Part shown: positions 1 to 9,949 of the stretch, one piece after another
Numbering within the stretch: position 1 is the first letter of the stretch
Layout of the letters: each line of letters starts with the position of its first letter
NCBI GenBank assembly: GCA_012862495.1
Contig: BLSG01000081.1
Location: 45,186 to 109,185 of the forward strand
Length of the DNA: 64,000 nucleotides
Direction of reading: 5' to 3'
Source of the DNA: Thraustochytrium aureum
Taxonomy: Eukaryota
The notes under the pieces: model-generated
Database searches by the model: none
What the model saw: only the letters and a program-made list of their open reading frames with translations
Told to the model about the DNA's origin: nothing
Made by a program: the position numbers and the translations under genes

Positions 1-2
1 TC

Positions 3-1106
3 AACATCCGGCTCTTCTACAAGTGCATCAGCGAAGCGGATATCGTGGTCTGCCCGGACAACACGGTGATGCCCTTCTTGCTCACGTTCTGCCACCTCCT
101 CGGCAAGCCGCTCTGGTTCAACCTGCACACCAACGTGCGCCACCTGCTAGAGATGACCGGCCCGTTTGGCCGGTACGTGTCGGCGCCCATCTGCGATGGG
201 TTTATTCGCTTCTGCTCCAACCTAACGGCGCGCACCTACACGACGTCGCCGTCGTACCGCGACGTGCTCGTCAAGCGCGGCTACCGCGTGGACGGCGTCT
301 TCAGCCCCAAGATCAAGCTCGCAGTCTTCGAGAAGACAGACTCCGAGAGCGAGGTCGCCCAAGCCAGGAGCTGGCTCGTCGGCGGGGCCGACATCAGCGG
401 CAAGACCTTGCTGATCTACGCCGGCCGCTTCAGCCATGAAAAGCGGATCGAGCTCCTCGTCAAGTCGCTCCCTGCCTCGTGCGCGCTCGCTATCGTGGGC
501 GACGGCCCTGGCTCTGCGGGCGACGCCGTCGAGCGTCTCCACAGCCCAGCAAGCCTTGTGTTTGTGCACCGGGGGATGCAGGACCAGAGCCGCTTGCGGG
601 TGCTCTACAAGGCGGCCGACTTTTTGGTCAGCGCCAGCTCGTTCGAGACCCTCGGGATGACCGTGGCCGAGGCAAATGTGTGCGGCACACCAGTCATCGT
701 GCAGCGGGCGACCGGGTTTTCCACCCAGGTCGTGGACGGCGAGAACGGCTTCCTTGTCGACTTTGAGGACGGCCCGGGCGTGCAGGCCTCAATCCGGACG
801 GCGATCGAGCGCCGCCCGACGCGCGAGCAGATCGACCGCGTCATCAACTCGAACACGTTCTGGTTCTCGGGCCTTCCCAACCTGGAGGAGGAGGTCATGA
901 AGATGGCTGCTATTGGCAACGACAAGTCACAGTGGGGCTCGGGCTACATTCCACCGTTTATCATGGTGCCGTGCCTCGTCGTGTTCTACTTTATTTTCTG
1001 GGTCATTGGGTTCCCATTCAACAAGGTTACCAACTGGGCAGACCGCGAAAAGGTGGGCCCGCAGGTCTTCAACGCATCGCGCCTGGCGCCCAAGAACGCG
1101 TGCTAA
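3..1106 (+). CDS. GT4-family (GT-B fold) glycosyltransferase, SQD2/alpha-mannosyltransferase-like, with C-terminal TM helix; 5' partial
   Basis: Frame is open from the window edge. GT4 motifs YAGRFSHEKRI, LAIVGDGP and ETLGMTVAEA..CGTPVI (Ex7E). Hydrophobic C-terminal segment FIMVPCLVVFYFIFWVIGFPF. Confidence 0.85.
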   Translation, partial: NIRLFYKCISEADIVVCPDNTVMPFLLTFCHLLGKPLWFNLHTNVRHLLEMTGPFGRYVSAPICDGFIRFCSNLTARTYTTSPSYRDVLVKRGYRVDGVFSPKIKLAVFEKTDSESEVAQARSWLVGGADISGKTLLIYAGRFSHEKRIELLVKSLPASCALAIVGDGPGSAGDAVERLHSPASLVFVHRGMQDQSRLRVLYKAADFLVSASSFETLGMTVAEANVCGTPVIVQRATGFSTQVVDGENGFLVDFEDGPGVQASIRTAIERRPTREQIDRVINSNTFWFSGLPNLEEEVMKMAAIGNDKSQWGSGYIPPFIMVPCLVVFYFIFWVIGFPFNKVTNWADREKVGPQVFNASRLAPKNAC

Positions 1107-1351
1107 GTCTCTTTAGAGAGGGCGCCGCCTGCTTGCGAGCCCCGCCGGCCCTTTCTCCTCTCCTGCTCTAAGACAGTAGAGTAGGCATGCAAGAGTCTCG
1201 GGGGCTGGGAGAGGAGGAGAGCGAAGTGACCATGACGGGCGCGGCAGGTCTCGCGGCGGCAGCCAAGTATAATCTATCACAAAAAACCAGCATCCATTCG
1301 TTCGAGTACGAACTCCGCGAGTTGCCGGCCTGCGAGCAGCGCCTCTCGGGG

Positions 1352-1480
1352 GCAGATAGGCCTAGACTAACAGGTAGACAGGCAGACTGACAGACAGATA
1401 GATAGGCAGGCAGATAGACAGATAGGCCTAGACTGACAGATAGACAGGCAGACAGACTGAGCAGAAAGGCAGACAGACAG
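1352..1480. repeat. Compound tetranucleotide microsatellite (AGAC/AGGC/AGAT)n
   Basis: Directly visible degenerate agac/aggc/agat array in intergenic DNA. Confidence 0.85.
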
Positions 1481-1632
1481 GAGCCCTGCGCTGCCGAGTC
1501 GTCGATCGATAATGCGAGGTCGGAAGAAGCCCGACCCAGCAGCAAACAAGCCAAATCCGCAGCCCAGCAACGAGACCCAGGCCGCACCGCTCGGCGCAGC
1601 AGACTGAGAGCAAAGCCGCCCAGGCTGCCAAG

Positions 1633-4600
1633 ATGCTGTGCACCTCCACGGCGGCCGCGCCCGGCAAGGTGCCGCGAGGCACGAGGTGCCTGGCCTCGTT
1701 CTACGACCAAGTATATGTCGGGACGCAGGACGGCCGCGTCGTGCTCGTCGCTGGCCGGGGCGCCGACGAGCCGGGCAGCCTCGCCGAGCACCGCATCGCT
1801 GGCGGCCGGCCCGTGACCCAACTCGTTGCGATGGGCGAGATCGGGCTCGTGCTAGCACTTAGCGGCGGCGCGATAGAGTATATTGATGCGCAGCGGCTAG
1901 TGCCGCGAAACGAGGCAAGGCCGCAGGTCAAGGCGGAGGTGCTTGTCCTGGCAATTAACGAGGACGCGACGCCTGATTTTGCGCTCTGCGTCGCCACCTC
2001 GCACAAGCTCAACCTGTTCCGCTGGACCGGAGAGCGGCACGAGCCGCTTCGCACCCTGAACGTGGCCAGCCCTCCGCGCGACCTCGCCTGGTCCCGACAC
2101 GCGCTGTGCGCCGCCTTGGAGGACCAAATCGTCCTTATCGACTCGCACACCCAGGCCACGCGCAAGGTCCACCAAGAAACGCCGCAGAGCGCGTCCGGCG
2201 CGTCGCCCGCCGCTTCCGCCAAATCGCGTCTACGACGGCCGTCGTGGCGTGGAGGCGCAAGCGCTGCTTTGGCGGCCACCGCAGCAGCTTCGGCCGCAAG
2301 TGAGATCGCATCGGTCACGTGNNNNNNNNNNNNNNNNNNNNNNNNNNNNNNNNNNNNNNNNNNNNNNNNNNNNNNNNNNNNNNNNNNNNNNNNNNNNNNN
2401 NNNNNNNNNNNNNNNNNNNNNNNNNNNNNNNNNNNNNNNNNNNNNNNNNNNNNNNNNNNNNNNNNNNNNNNNNNNNNNNNNNNNNNNNNNNNNNNNNNNN
2501 NNNNNNNNNNNNNNNNNNNNNNNNNNNNNNNNNNNNNNNNNNNNNNNNNNNNNNNNNNNNNNNNNNNNNNNNNNNNNNNNNNNNNNNNNNNNNNNNNNNN
2601 NNNNNNNNNNNNNNNNNNNNNNNNNNNNNNNNNNNNNNNNNNNNNNNNNNNNNNNNNNNNNNNNNNNNNNNNNNNNNNNNNNNNNNNNNNNNNNNNNNNN
2701 NNNNNNNGAGCAGCACGCCCTGCCACGGCCAGCCCTCGCGCTCAACGCCCCGGCGCCGTGGAATGCGCTACCGACGCGGCGGGGAGCCACGGCCAAAGCT
2801 GCTGGCGCGGGCCCTCCGAGGCTTGAGGACCTTACCGCCGGCGGGGGCGTCCTGCTCTTGAGTGCTGGCCCGGGCGAGCAGGAGGTCTTGCGGCTCGGCA
2901 CGGTCTCCCTCGAGAAGAGCTTGCGCCAGCTCTTTGAGGCTGGCGACCATGTCGGGGCCTGGAACTTGGTCAACGACAAAGTTGTTTCTGCTTTCGACGC
3001 GAGTTCAGCCGGCGCAGGCTCTCCGGCCGATCGTCTCGAGCGCCTCGCGGAGGCGGCGGGCCCGGACGAGCGGCCCAGCTGCGTTTTATCTGCGGTGTCG
3101 CGCCCAGACGCGATAAGTAGATTCCACGTCGATGCTGGCTTGGCCTTGCTGGCCCGCGGCGAGCTGGACCGCGCCTTTTCGAGCTTCCGAAAAGCCCGCC
3201 TCGACCCTCTCGAGCTCGTCGCCTACTCGGCGGCAGCCAGGCCGCCGGGCATGGACGGCTGGCAGCCAGTTGTGCTCCAGCCCGCTTCCGTGCTCGGGCC
3301 TGAGGCAGCGCGATCGTGGGAGCCGCCTGCGCCTAGCCAGGACCCCGCATTCGATGTGGAGCACGGGTTTTCCCTCGCGAAGCTCGTGGGCCCCAACCTC
3401 GCGCAAGAGGGTTTGGGCCTCGAGCTACATCGCCACTTGGCCCTCGCGCTTGTGGAGGCTCGGGAAAACCGGACGGCCGACACTGGCAGCGACAGCGCTG
3501 GGGCCAGGGAGGCCGAGCAGAACATCGACCATGCCCTGTTACAGTTGTGCTTGGCGTTCCTTGCCAGGGACATCAGGGACACCTTCGCCCGGCAAACGCT
3601 CAAAGCGCTCTGCGCGGGCCCCAGCACGATCGAGGTGCAGGAGGGGTCTGCTCAACTACGCAAGGCAGGCCTGGACCATTGCGCTGCGCTGCTGCTCGCG
3701 TCAACACGAGAGCACCGTCGAAGCGCGTTGCAATTGTGGGCCGAGATGGGATCTTCTGAGGACGGGGAAGCACAAGCCGAAGGGGTCGCTGGCACGGTGC
3801 AGTGCTTGGCGGCCCACCACGAGGACCCCGAGCTTGTTTGGGTATTCTCCTCCTGGGTGCTGCAGCGCGAGCCAGAGGCTGGGATAGAAATATTTACGGC
3901 CAACGCGAGCCGCGGCAAGCTTGACCCTCAGCGCGTCGTCCAGCACCTTACGTCGTTTGATGAGGGGCGGTCGTCGCAACTGCGGCTCAAGTACCTGCAG
4001 TGGGCATGCCAAGGGGAAGAGCCAAGCGCCGACAAGTCCCTGGGCCTCCAGCTCGCGCTAGAGTACGTCCAGGTTCTTGCCTGCACGGCCACAGAAGCGC
4101 AGCCGGATGCGTGGGCGACAGCATTGAGCGGGTTTCGCGCGTTCCTGAGCAAGGCAGATTCGCTGCAAGGACAGTGCGAGGCCGCCTCGCTCGGCCAGGG
4201 GGGCGACCCGATCGCCGCGGGGGATCCGCCAAAAGGTGCCTTCGAGGCCGAGTTGGTGGTTTGGCGCATCGAGCAGGCAGGGCTGAGCGAGCGCCTGGCC
4301 GAAGACCGCGTTGTGCTCTTCGCAAAATGCGGTTGGCACGGGCGCGCCCTTGGGGTGCTGGTAGATGAGCTCAACGACCTGGACGCGGCCGAGGCCTACT
4401 GTGCCAAGCAGGCAAACGTGGGCGACGGGGCAGCCACGGGCAAGGCAGGGCTGGCTTTCCTCGACTTGCTCTGCATATACTTTTCTCCAGAGCGCGCCTC
4501 GCTGCCGCGCTTCCGGGAGGCGTCTCTCAGGGTGCTAGAGCGGCACGGCCACCTCATCGACCCCCCTGCGGTGGTTTCCAAGCTTCCCGCGGACCTTGCG

Positions 4601-4888
4601 TTGCGGGACCTGCAAATGTACCTTTCAGTGATGTTTTCGCGCCATGCGACTCGCGCCGCGCAGCTCCGGATCGAGAAGAACCTTTGTGTTGCGCAGAACA
4701 TCAAAGTCCGCGAGCAGCTCGTGCGCAGGCACCGCCGCAACGTGGCGGTTACGGCTGACACGCGCTGCCGCTCGTGCAACCAGCCTGTCGGGGCGCAACC
4801 GTTTGCGCTCGACGCCTCGCAGCGCTACGTTCTGCACCTAGCCTGTGCGGCGCGGACTCTGCCGCAAGAGCTCAGCAAAGTAGCATAG
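1633..4888 (+). CDS. Vps39/Vam6/TGFBRAP1-family HOPS/CORVET tethering subunit (CNH beta-propeller, clathrin-like repeat, C-terminal Zn finger); spans N-gap
   Basis: N-terminal CNH-like VYVGTQDGRVV. Mid-region ELVWVFSSWVL...GIEIF and LNDLDAAEAYC. C-terminal IEKNL...V.VTADTRCRSCNQPVG..F...VLHLAC typical of Vps39_2. Confidence 0.85.
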
Positions 4889-4991
4889 CCTGGGGAGCGG
4901 CGCACGGGGCGGAGCCAGCCAGCCGGCCAGCCAACGCAAGGGCAGACACGATCACAATTTTGTTTCTCTCGCGCTCAATGCGCACTACTTG

Positions 4992-5367
4992 TCAGCACCC
5001 GCCGTTCGACATGTACAGCACCCGGTTGCACCGTTGGCAATACGAGGTGACCCTTTCGCACCCCATGACGAAAGGCAACCAGCACAGCGGCCAGAACACA
5101 AACAAGAGCACCAAAAACCAAATAAACTGTGCCGTCGAGAAGCTCGTGGTCGTGATCGGGATCTGGTTGTTTCCGCAAGTGCACTGGATCGGGCCCATCG
5201 GCCTCGCGCCGCCAAACACCATCGGCGCCTGCGAGTTCACACTGTAGGGACTTGGCGCAGAGGTCACGTACACGGTCGTGTACGCCTGGCCGTCAGACAC
5301 CATCGGCTGCGCCACATACTGCGACTGAGCGCTCTGCGCCACCGGCACAGCCACAACGACTTGGTCG
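4992..5367 (-). CDS. LITAF-domain protein (5' end in gap)
   Basis: Pro/Gln/Tyr-rich N-terminus, then CTC...hydrophobic stretch FWPLCWLPF...YCQRCNRVL. Confidence 0.75.
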
Positions 5368-5637
5368 NNNNNNNNNNNNNNNNNNNNNNNNNNNNNNNNN
5401 NNNNNNNNNNNNNNNNNNNNNNNNNNNNNNNNNNNNNNNNNNNNNNNNNNNNNNNNNNNNNNNNNNNNNNNNNNNNNNNNNNNNNNNNNNNNNNNNNNNN
5501 NNNNNNNNNNNNNNNNNNNNNNNNNNNNNNNNNNNNNNNNNNNNNNNNNCCGAGCCTTCGTGAGCTCGCGCTGCGCTGCCCGCTCAACTCTGGCGAGCCA
5601 GCTCCTTGACGCTGCTCGCTGTTGGTGGCGCTCGGAG

Positions 5638-6254
5638 ATGGAGGGCCTGCGAGTCGGGTTGGTTGGGCGTCTGCCGGACGCTCGATGCCGCTCGCCAGCT
5701 CCGAAGGCTTCAGGTGGGTGCGAGTCTGCCCTGCCTCGGATGACTTGATTGAGTGGGAGGCGAGGCGGTGTGGCCGAGAGGAGGAAGGCAGGCAGGCAGG
5801 CAGGCAGGCAGGCAGAGGAGGTACCAGCAGGTAAGGTAAGGTAGAGTAGGTAAGTGAGTGGAGTTACTGGCAGGAGGAAGGTTGACTCGATCGGAGTAGG
5901 CGGTACTTTCGCTACTCTGCTCTGCTAGTTGTCGAGTCAGGAGTGCCCTGCTCTGCTCCTTTAGCTCGTGCCAGTGTGCGGGCGGAGAACACATCAACGA
6001 TCACTCTGGCGGAAAAGAGATGCCAGTGGAAGGTTTTGGAAGTTGAACAAGTTGAACGGTGGAAGAGCCAGCACGAGGTGTTTGACACATACAGGACAGG
6101 TTGCCCCGCCCTGCAGCTGCGATCTGCGCCTCCCAAACGCCACAGCTCGGCAGCCCGCCGACTCGAGCCCCCCCCATCTGGATCTGCCGCGCCAAGGTCG
6201 AGAGGCGCCTCGCGGCAAGAACAGCGTCTCGCTCGCCTGCCTTTTGGCACCTGA
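5638..6254 (+). CDS. Possible two-exon hypothetical protein (exons 5638-5713, 5965-6254)
   Basis: ATG at 5638, donor CAG|GTGGGT at 5714 and pyrimidine-rich acceptor CTCCTTTAG| at 5964 join in phase. The intron holds a (GGCA)n microsatellite. No recognisable domain. Confidence 0.3.
5786..5815. repeat. (GGCA)n microsatellite
   Basis: About 7 copies visible. Confidence 0.9.
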
Positions 6255-6370
6255 AGCATCTCGCCAGGACCAAGCCGAAAGGCTTTCAATCAAAATCAAT
6301 CAAACAAAAAAAGCACCTTGAAGTTGAACTTGTTGCGCAGATCGTATGGAAGGACGCTGGGCTGGCGCAG

Positions 6371-8568
6371 TCAGGGCGAGCGTCCTGGGCAATAGCCCTT
6401 GATGAGGTCGTTGGTCTCGCGCAGGGTCGTCAGAACTGTGGCACGGTTGGCTGCCTTGCTCGAACGGCCAGAAAACGTGCTGTTCACCTTGGCGATTCGT
6501 CTAAAGTTCTCGCTGACCTTGTCAGAACCAAGCGTCTCCTCCATTGCGGGCAGGAAAGTGTGCGCAGTGTCCTCAAACTCTACGCAGTTGGAGATGAAGC
6601 TGCGGTCGATCGTAGCAAACGTGGCCAGGATCCCCATGGCATTGCTCTGCAAAATGCGAATTTCGTTGCCCTCGCCAGCGAAATGGCGGTGGTCCACTGT
6701 GCTGGCAATCACGGCCTCGACCTCCCGAAACATCACAACAATCCGCAAGTCAACGCCGGCGGCTTCTGCGAGCTTGGCCAGCGCAAGCATGTTTGGCCGC
6801 TGCTGGTTCTTGTTCGAGCCGCTAAAGTTCGGGTACGACATCATGCCTGCCCACCCGGTGCAGACTTTCTTCTTCGGGTCGAGCAGGTTCGCGAGGAACG
6901 TCGAGTTTTTCGACGCCTCGTCGAGGCCGAGCTTGGAAAGGTGTTTGGCGAGCTTGAGCTTGGCCTTGGCGTACTCTGGCGCTTCAGAGCTATGCCAGAG
7001 GCTGTTCCAGTAGCTGTTCTCGTACAAAAGCTGCTGCACGAGACAGGCGGGGAGCACTTGCTTTTCTTTGAGCATCGGGGTGAGCACGGAGCGCCACAAA
7101 TGGTGCCCGGTCCCCTCGAGGCCAACGAAGAAAACCAGCTTGGGGGCGCGGGTTCTCCGCGGTGGACAAGACCGTCTTGCGGACGAGCGGCTCAATCTTG
7201 CCGGGCGTTTCGCCTTTGTGGAGCCCTGATTCAGCAAACGCGCTCAGACCCCATATCATCTTGAGGACTGGGTCGACGTCCTCGAGGAACATGCGGCTTC
7301 CGGCAGAGACCTCAAAGGGCTTGGGCTGCATGTCGCTGCGCTTGGTTGCCAAAAACGCCGCGGCCCCGGGCACGCCCATCCACTCGTCCAGCTGCGCGTC
7401 ACCCGCAACCTCGCCGTTCGTGATGTCAAACAGCCGGAAGCGCGCGGGTTCCATCATCAGGAGGTGCGCAAACAGCTGGTGCAGCTGCACCTCTAGGACT
7501 TGTAGGAGGCGCAGCTCGGTCCACTTGCCGGGCGGAGGGCGCTCGAGCCACGCCTGAGCAAGCGACTCGGTCGTGCGGTACATGGGGACAAGGATGCGCA
7601 GGTCAACGTTCGCCTCTGCAGCGATTCGCTCCAAGTCGAGCAGGTCCGGGTGGTCGCGCGAGTGGAATGGAAGCTCAGCAGGGGGAAACGCCATCGAGTC
7701 GGCATTATTCCTGCAGGGTTCGCCGTGCAGCGACGCGATGTAAAGCGTGCTTCGATCCCCAGCCACTTGCTTGAACTCCTCGACGACGAGTCGCCGGGCG
7801 CGGTTAAAGCTGGCGACATTGTGCTCGAAAATGTACTTGGAAGATGTCGTGAGACACAGNNNNNNNNNNNNNNNNNNNNNNNNNNNNNNNNNNNNNNNNN
7901 NNNNNNNNNNNNNNNNNNNNNNNNNNNNNNNNNNNNNNNNNNNNNNNNNNNNNNNNNNNNNNNNNNNNNNNNNNNNNNNNNNNNNNNNNNNNNNNNNNNN
8001 NNNNNNNNNNNNNNNNNNNNNNNNNNNNNNNNNNNNNNNNNNNNNNNNNNNNNNNNNNNNNNNNNNNNNNNNNNNNNNNNNNNNNNNNNNNNNNNNNNNN
8101 NNNNNNNNNNNNNNNNNNNNNNNNNNNNNNNNNNNNNNNNNNNNNNNNNNNNNNNNNNNNNCCCTCCTCGTGTCCAACGACCAGATCGCCGTCCTGCGCT
8201 GGCACGGCTGAATCTGCTCCATCTTCACCGGGAGCGTTTTCCAGGTCGTCGTCCTCGGTGTCCTCGACGCTCTCGCCCGTGTCGGCGGCCGTGTCAGCCT
8301 CGTCCTCGGCGATGCTTGGGGAGAACTTCGAGTGAGCCTTGCCACTAAAGACGCCTGAGCTGCTCACCTTCGTTGAGGCGATGCGGATGACATAGTTTTC
8401 GGAGCTGAGGGAGCAGTTGGCCGTGATACACCTGGAGGGGTTGTGCCACATCGGCCCAACGAAGAAAAGCACCAGTATGACAGCGGCGGCAATCGACCAC
8501 GCTTTCCATGGCCTGCTCTGCGACAGCGAGTGCTCGTTCATCTCCTTTTCGTCGTCCCAGTGCCCCAT
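6371..8568 (-). CDS. Type II membrane protein with two tandem P-loop sulfotransferase-like domains; spans gap; frameshift at about 7142-7146
   Basis: N-terminal TM (WSIAAAVILVLFFVG) and acidic stem. PAPS-loop-like LVFFVGLEGTGHHLW. Duplicated motif SMAFP..HPDLLDLERIAAEANVDLRILVPMYR versus MMSYP..RPNMLALAKLAEAAGVDLRIVVMFR. Removing one G from the G5 run fuses the ORFs. Confidence 0.65.
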
Positions 8569-8642
8569 GGTTGGACTACAGGACCGCTCGCTCGTTCGCT
8601 TCGGGACGACAGGCAGCGGCAGGTCGGTAGGCCTTTCCGGCT

Positions 8643-8740
8643 ATCGCGGCTTCCGCGGCCTAGACCTGGCGCAGAGTGCCGCGTGGCACAGGCAATCGCG
8701 GCTTCCGCGGCCTAGACCTTGGCGCAGCGTGCCGCGTGGC
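8643..8740. repeat. Tandem duplication of a ~45-bp core with 52-bp period, in a divergent intergenic region
   Basis: atcgcggcttccgcggcctagacc(t)tggcgcag[a/c]gtgccgcgtggc at 8643 and 8695. Confidence 0.9.
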
Positions 8741-9225
8741 GCGGGCTCTTGCGGGACTGTTGCGACGCAAGCTCGCTGTCTCCTTGCGACTCAGCTCGCG
8801 TGTCACTGGCTACTTGCCTCGGAAGTACTGAAAACCAGCCAACGCGGGGGCTTTCAAGAGAGCTCAAGATGCTCATGGGCCAAGTGCGTGCGAGTGTTGG
8901 ACAGAGTACTCTACCCCGTTGTGCTCGAGTACTGTTGTGCTTGGTCTACTACTTGGTCTACTGCGGATGCGGTGCTGGCCGCCAGAGCGCATTGGTGGAG
9001 CGTGGCTCGCGTCAGGCGCTCGCCGTTCGTTTCGCTTGTTGACAGCGCGAGGTCTTTGCGCAGGCCCGGCGCTACTGCGGACCGCGTGCGAGGCAGGTGC
9101 TGGTGTTGTTTTGGTTGTCGCGCGGCGCCGTCGGTGGTCGGTCGGTCGGTCGGTCGGTCGCCGTGCTAGTCGCCGGCGTGCCAGACCTGCCGGTGGGCTT
9201 CGGTGCTGTCAAGCTTGTTGGGGAG

Positions 9226-9726
9226 ATGATTGGGGATACTGGCGCCAAGGTGCCGGTCGCGGAGGCGCACGTGGTGGACGGCGGATCGACCGACCTGCCC
9301 TACGCTGCCGCGGTGGCCATCGACGGGCCAAGCACCTATGCGACGGCCAACCCGCAGCCCCCTGGAGGGTACGAGTACCAAGGGGGCTACCAGTCGCATC
9401 AAAACGCGTACAGTCAACAGCAGCAGCAGCAGCAGCAGCCCACGTACGTGGCCCAGAGCCAGCAGCACCACCAGCAAAACCCAGGGCAACACGTCATCTA
9501 CATCCAACAGCCGGTCCAGGCAGCAACGCGCAATGGGTGCTCGCACGACAGCGGCGTCAAAATTCACACCGAGATCAGCATGCTGCAGATCATAGTCTTC
9601 ATCATCCTGCTCTTTTGCTTCTTCCCGCTGTGCTGGATTCCATTCTGCTGCGGACCGTGTTTCGACCGGGTCCACGTGTGCATGCGGTGCGGCACTGTCG
9701 TGTACAGGCAGGCTGGGACGTGCTAG
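9226..9726 (+). CDS. LITAF-domain protein with polyQ
   Basis: PPGGY/Q-rich N-terminus. CSH...IIVFIILLFCFFPLCWIPFCC..C.DRVHVCMRCGTVV (HxCxxC knuckle). ATG at 9226. Confidence 0.8.
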   Translation: MIGDTGAKVPVAEAHVVDGGSTDLPYAAAVAIDGPSTYATANPQPPGGYEYQGGYQSHQNAYSQQQQQQQQPTYVAQSQQHHQQNPGQHVIYIQQPVQAATRNGCSHDSGVKIHTEISMLQIIVFIILLFCFFPLCWIPFCCGPCFDRVHVCMRCGTVVYRQAGTC

Positions 9727-9949
9727 TTCAAGCGCGCTCCAGCGCTCCAGAACTAGCGCTCGAGGCCGAGCAATCTGGAGGGAGGCGCCGTAGGTCCAGG
9801 TCTCGAGTGGATGTAAATAGGCGAGCCCCGCAAAGGCAACAGAGCAAGGCGAGGCTTGCCAACGCCTTGTCTTCCAACTGCGCTGAGATTTTCAAGGTTG
9901 GGGGCAACAGACCAACAAGACGCAAACAAACACGAAGCTAATTAAGTGT

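Noticed and set aside
6101..7264. Long antisense ORFs (also 19857-20894, 24710-25822, 52115-53092 and others)
   Set aside because: Shadow ORFs opposite GC3-rich genes, with no motifs.
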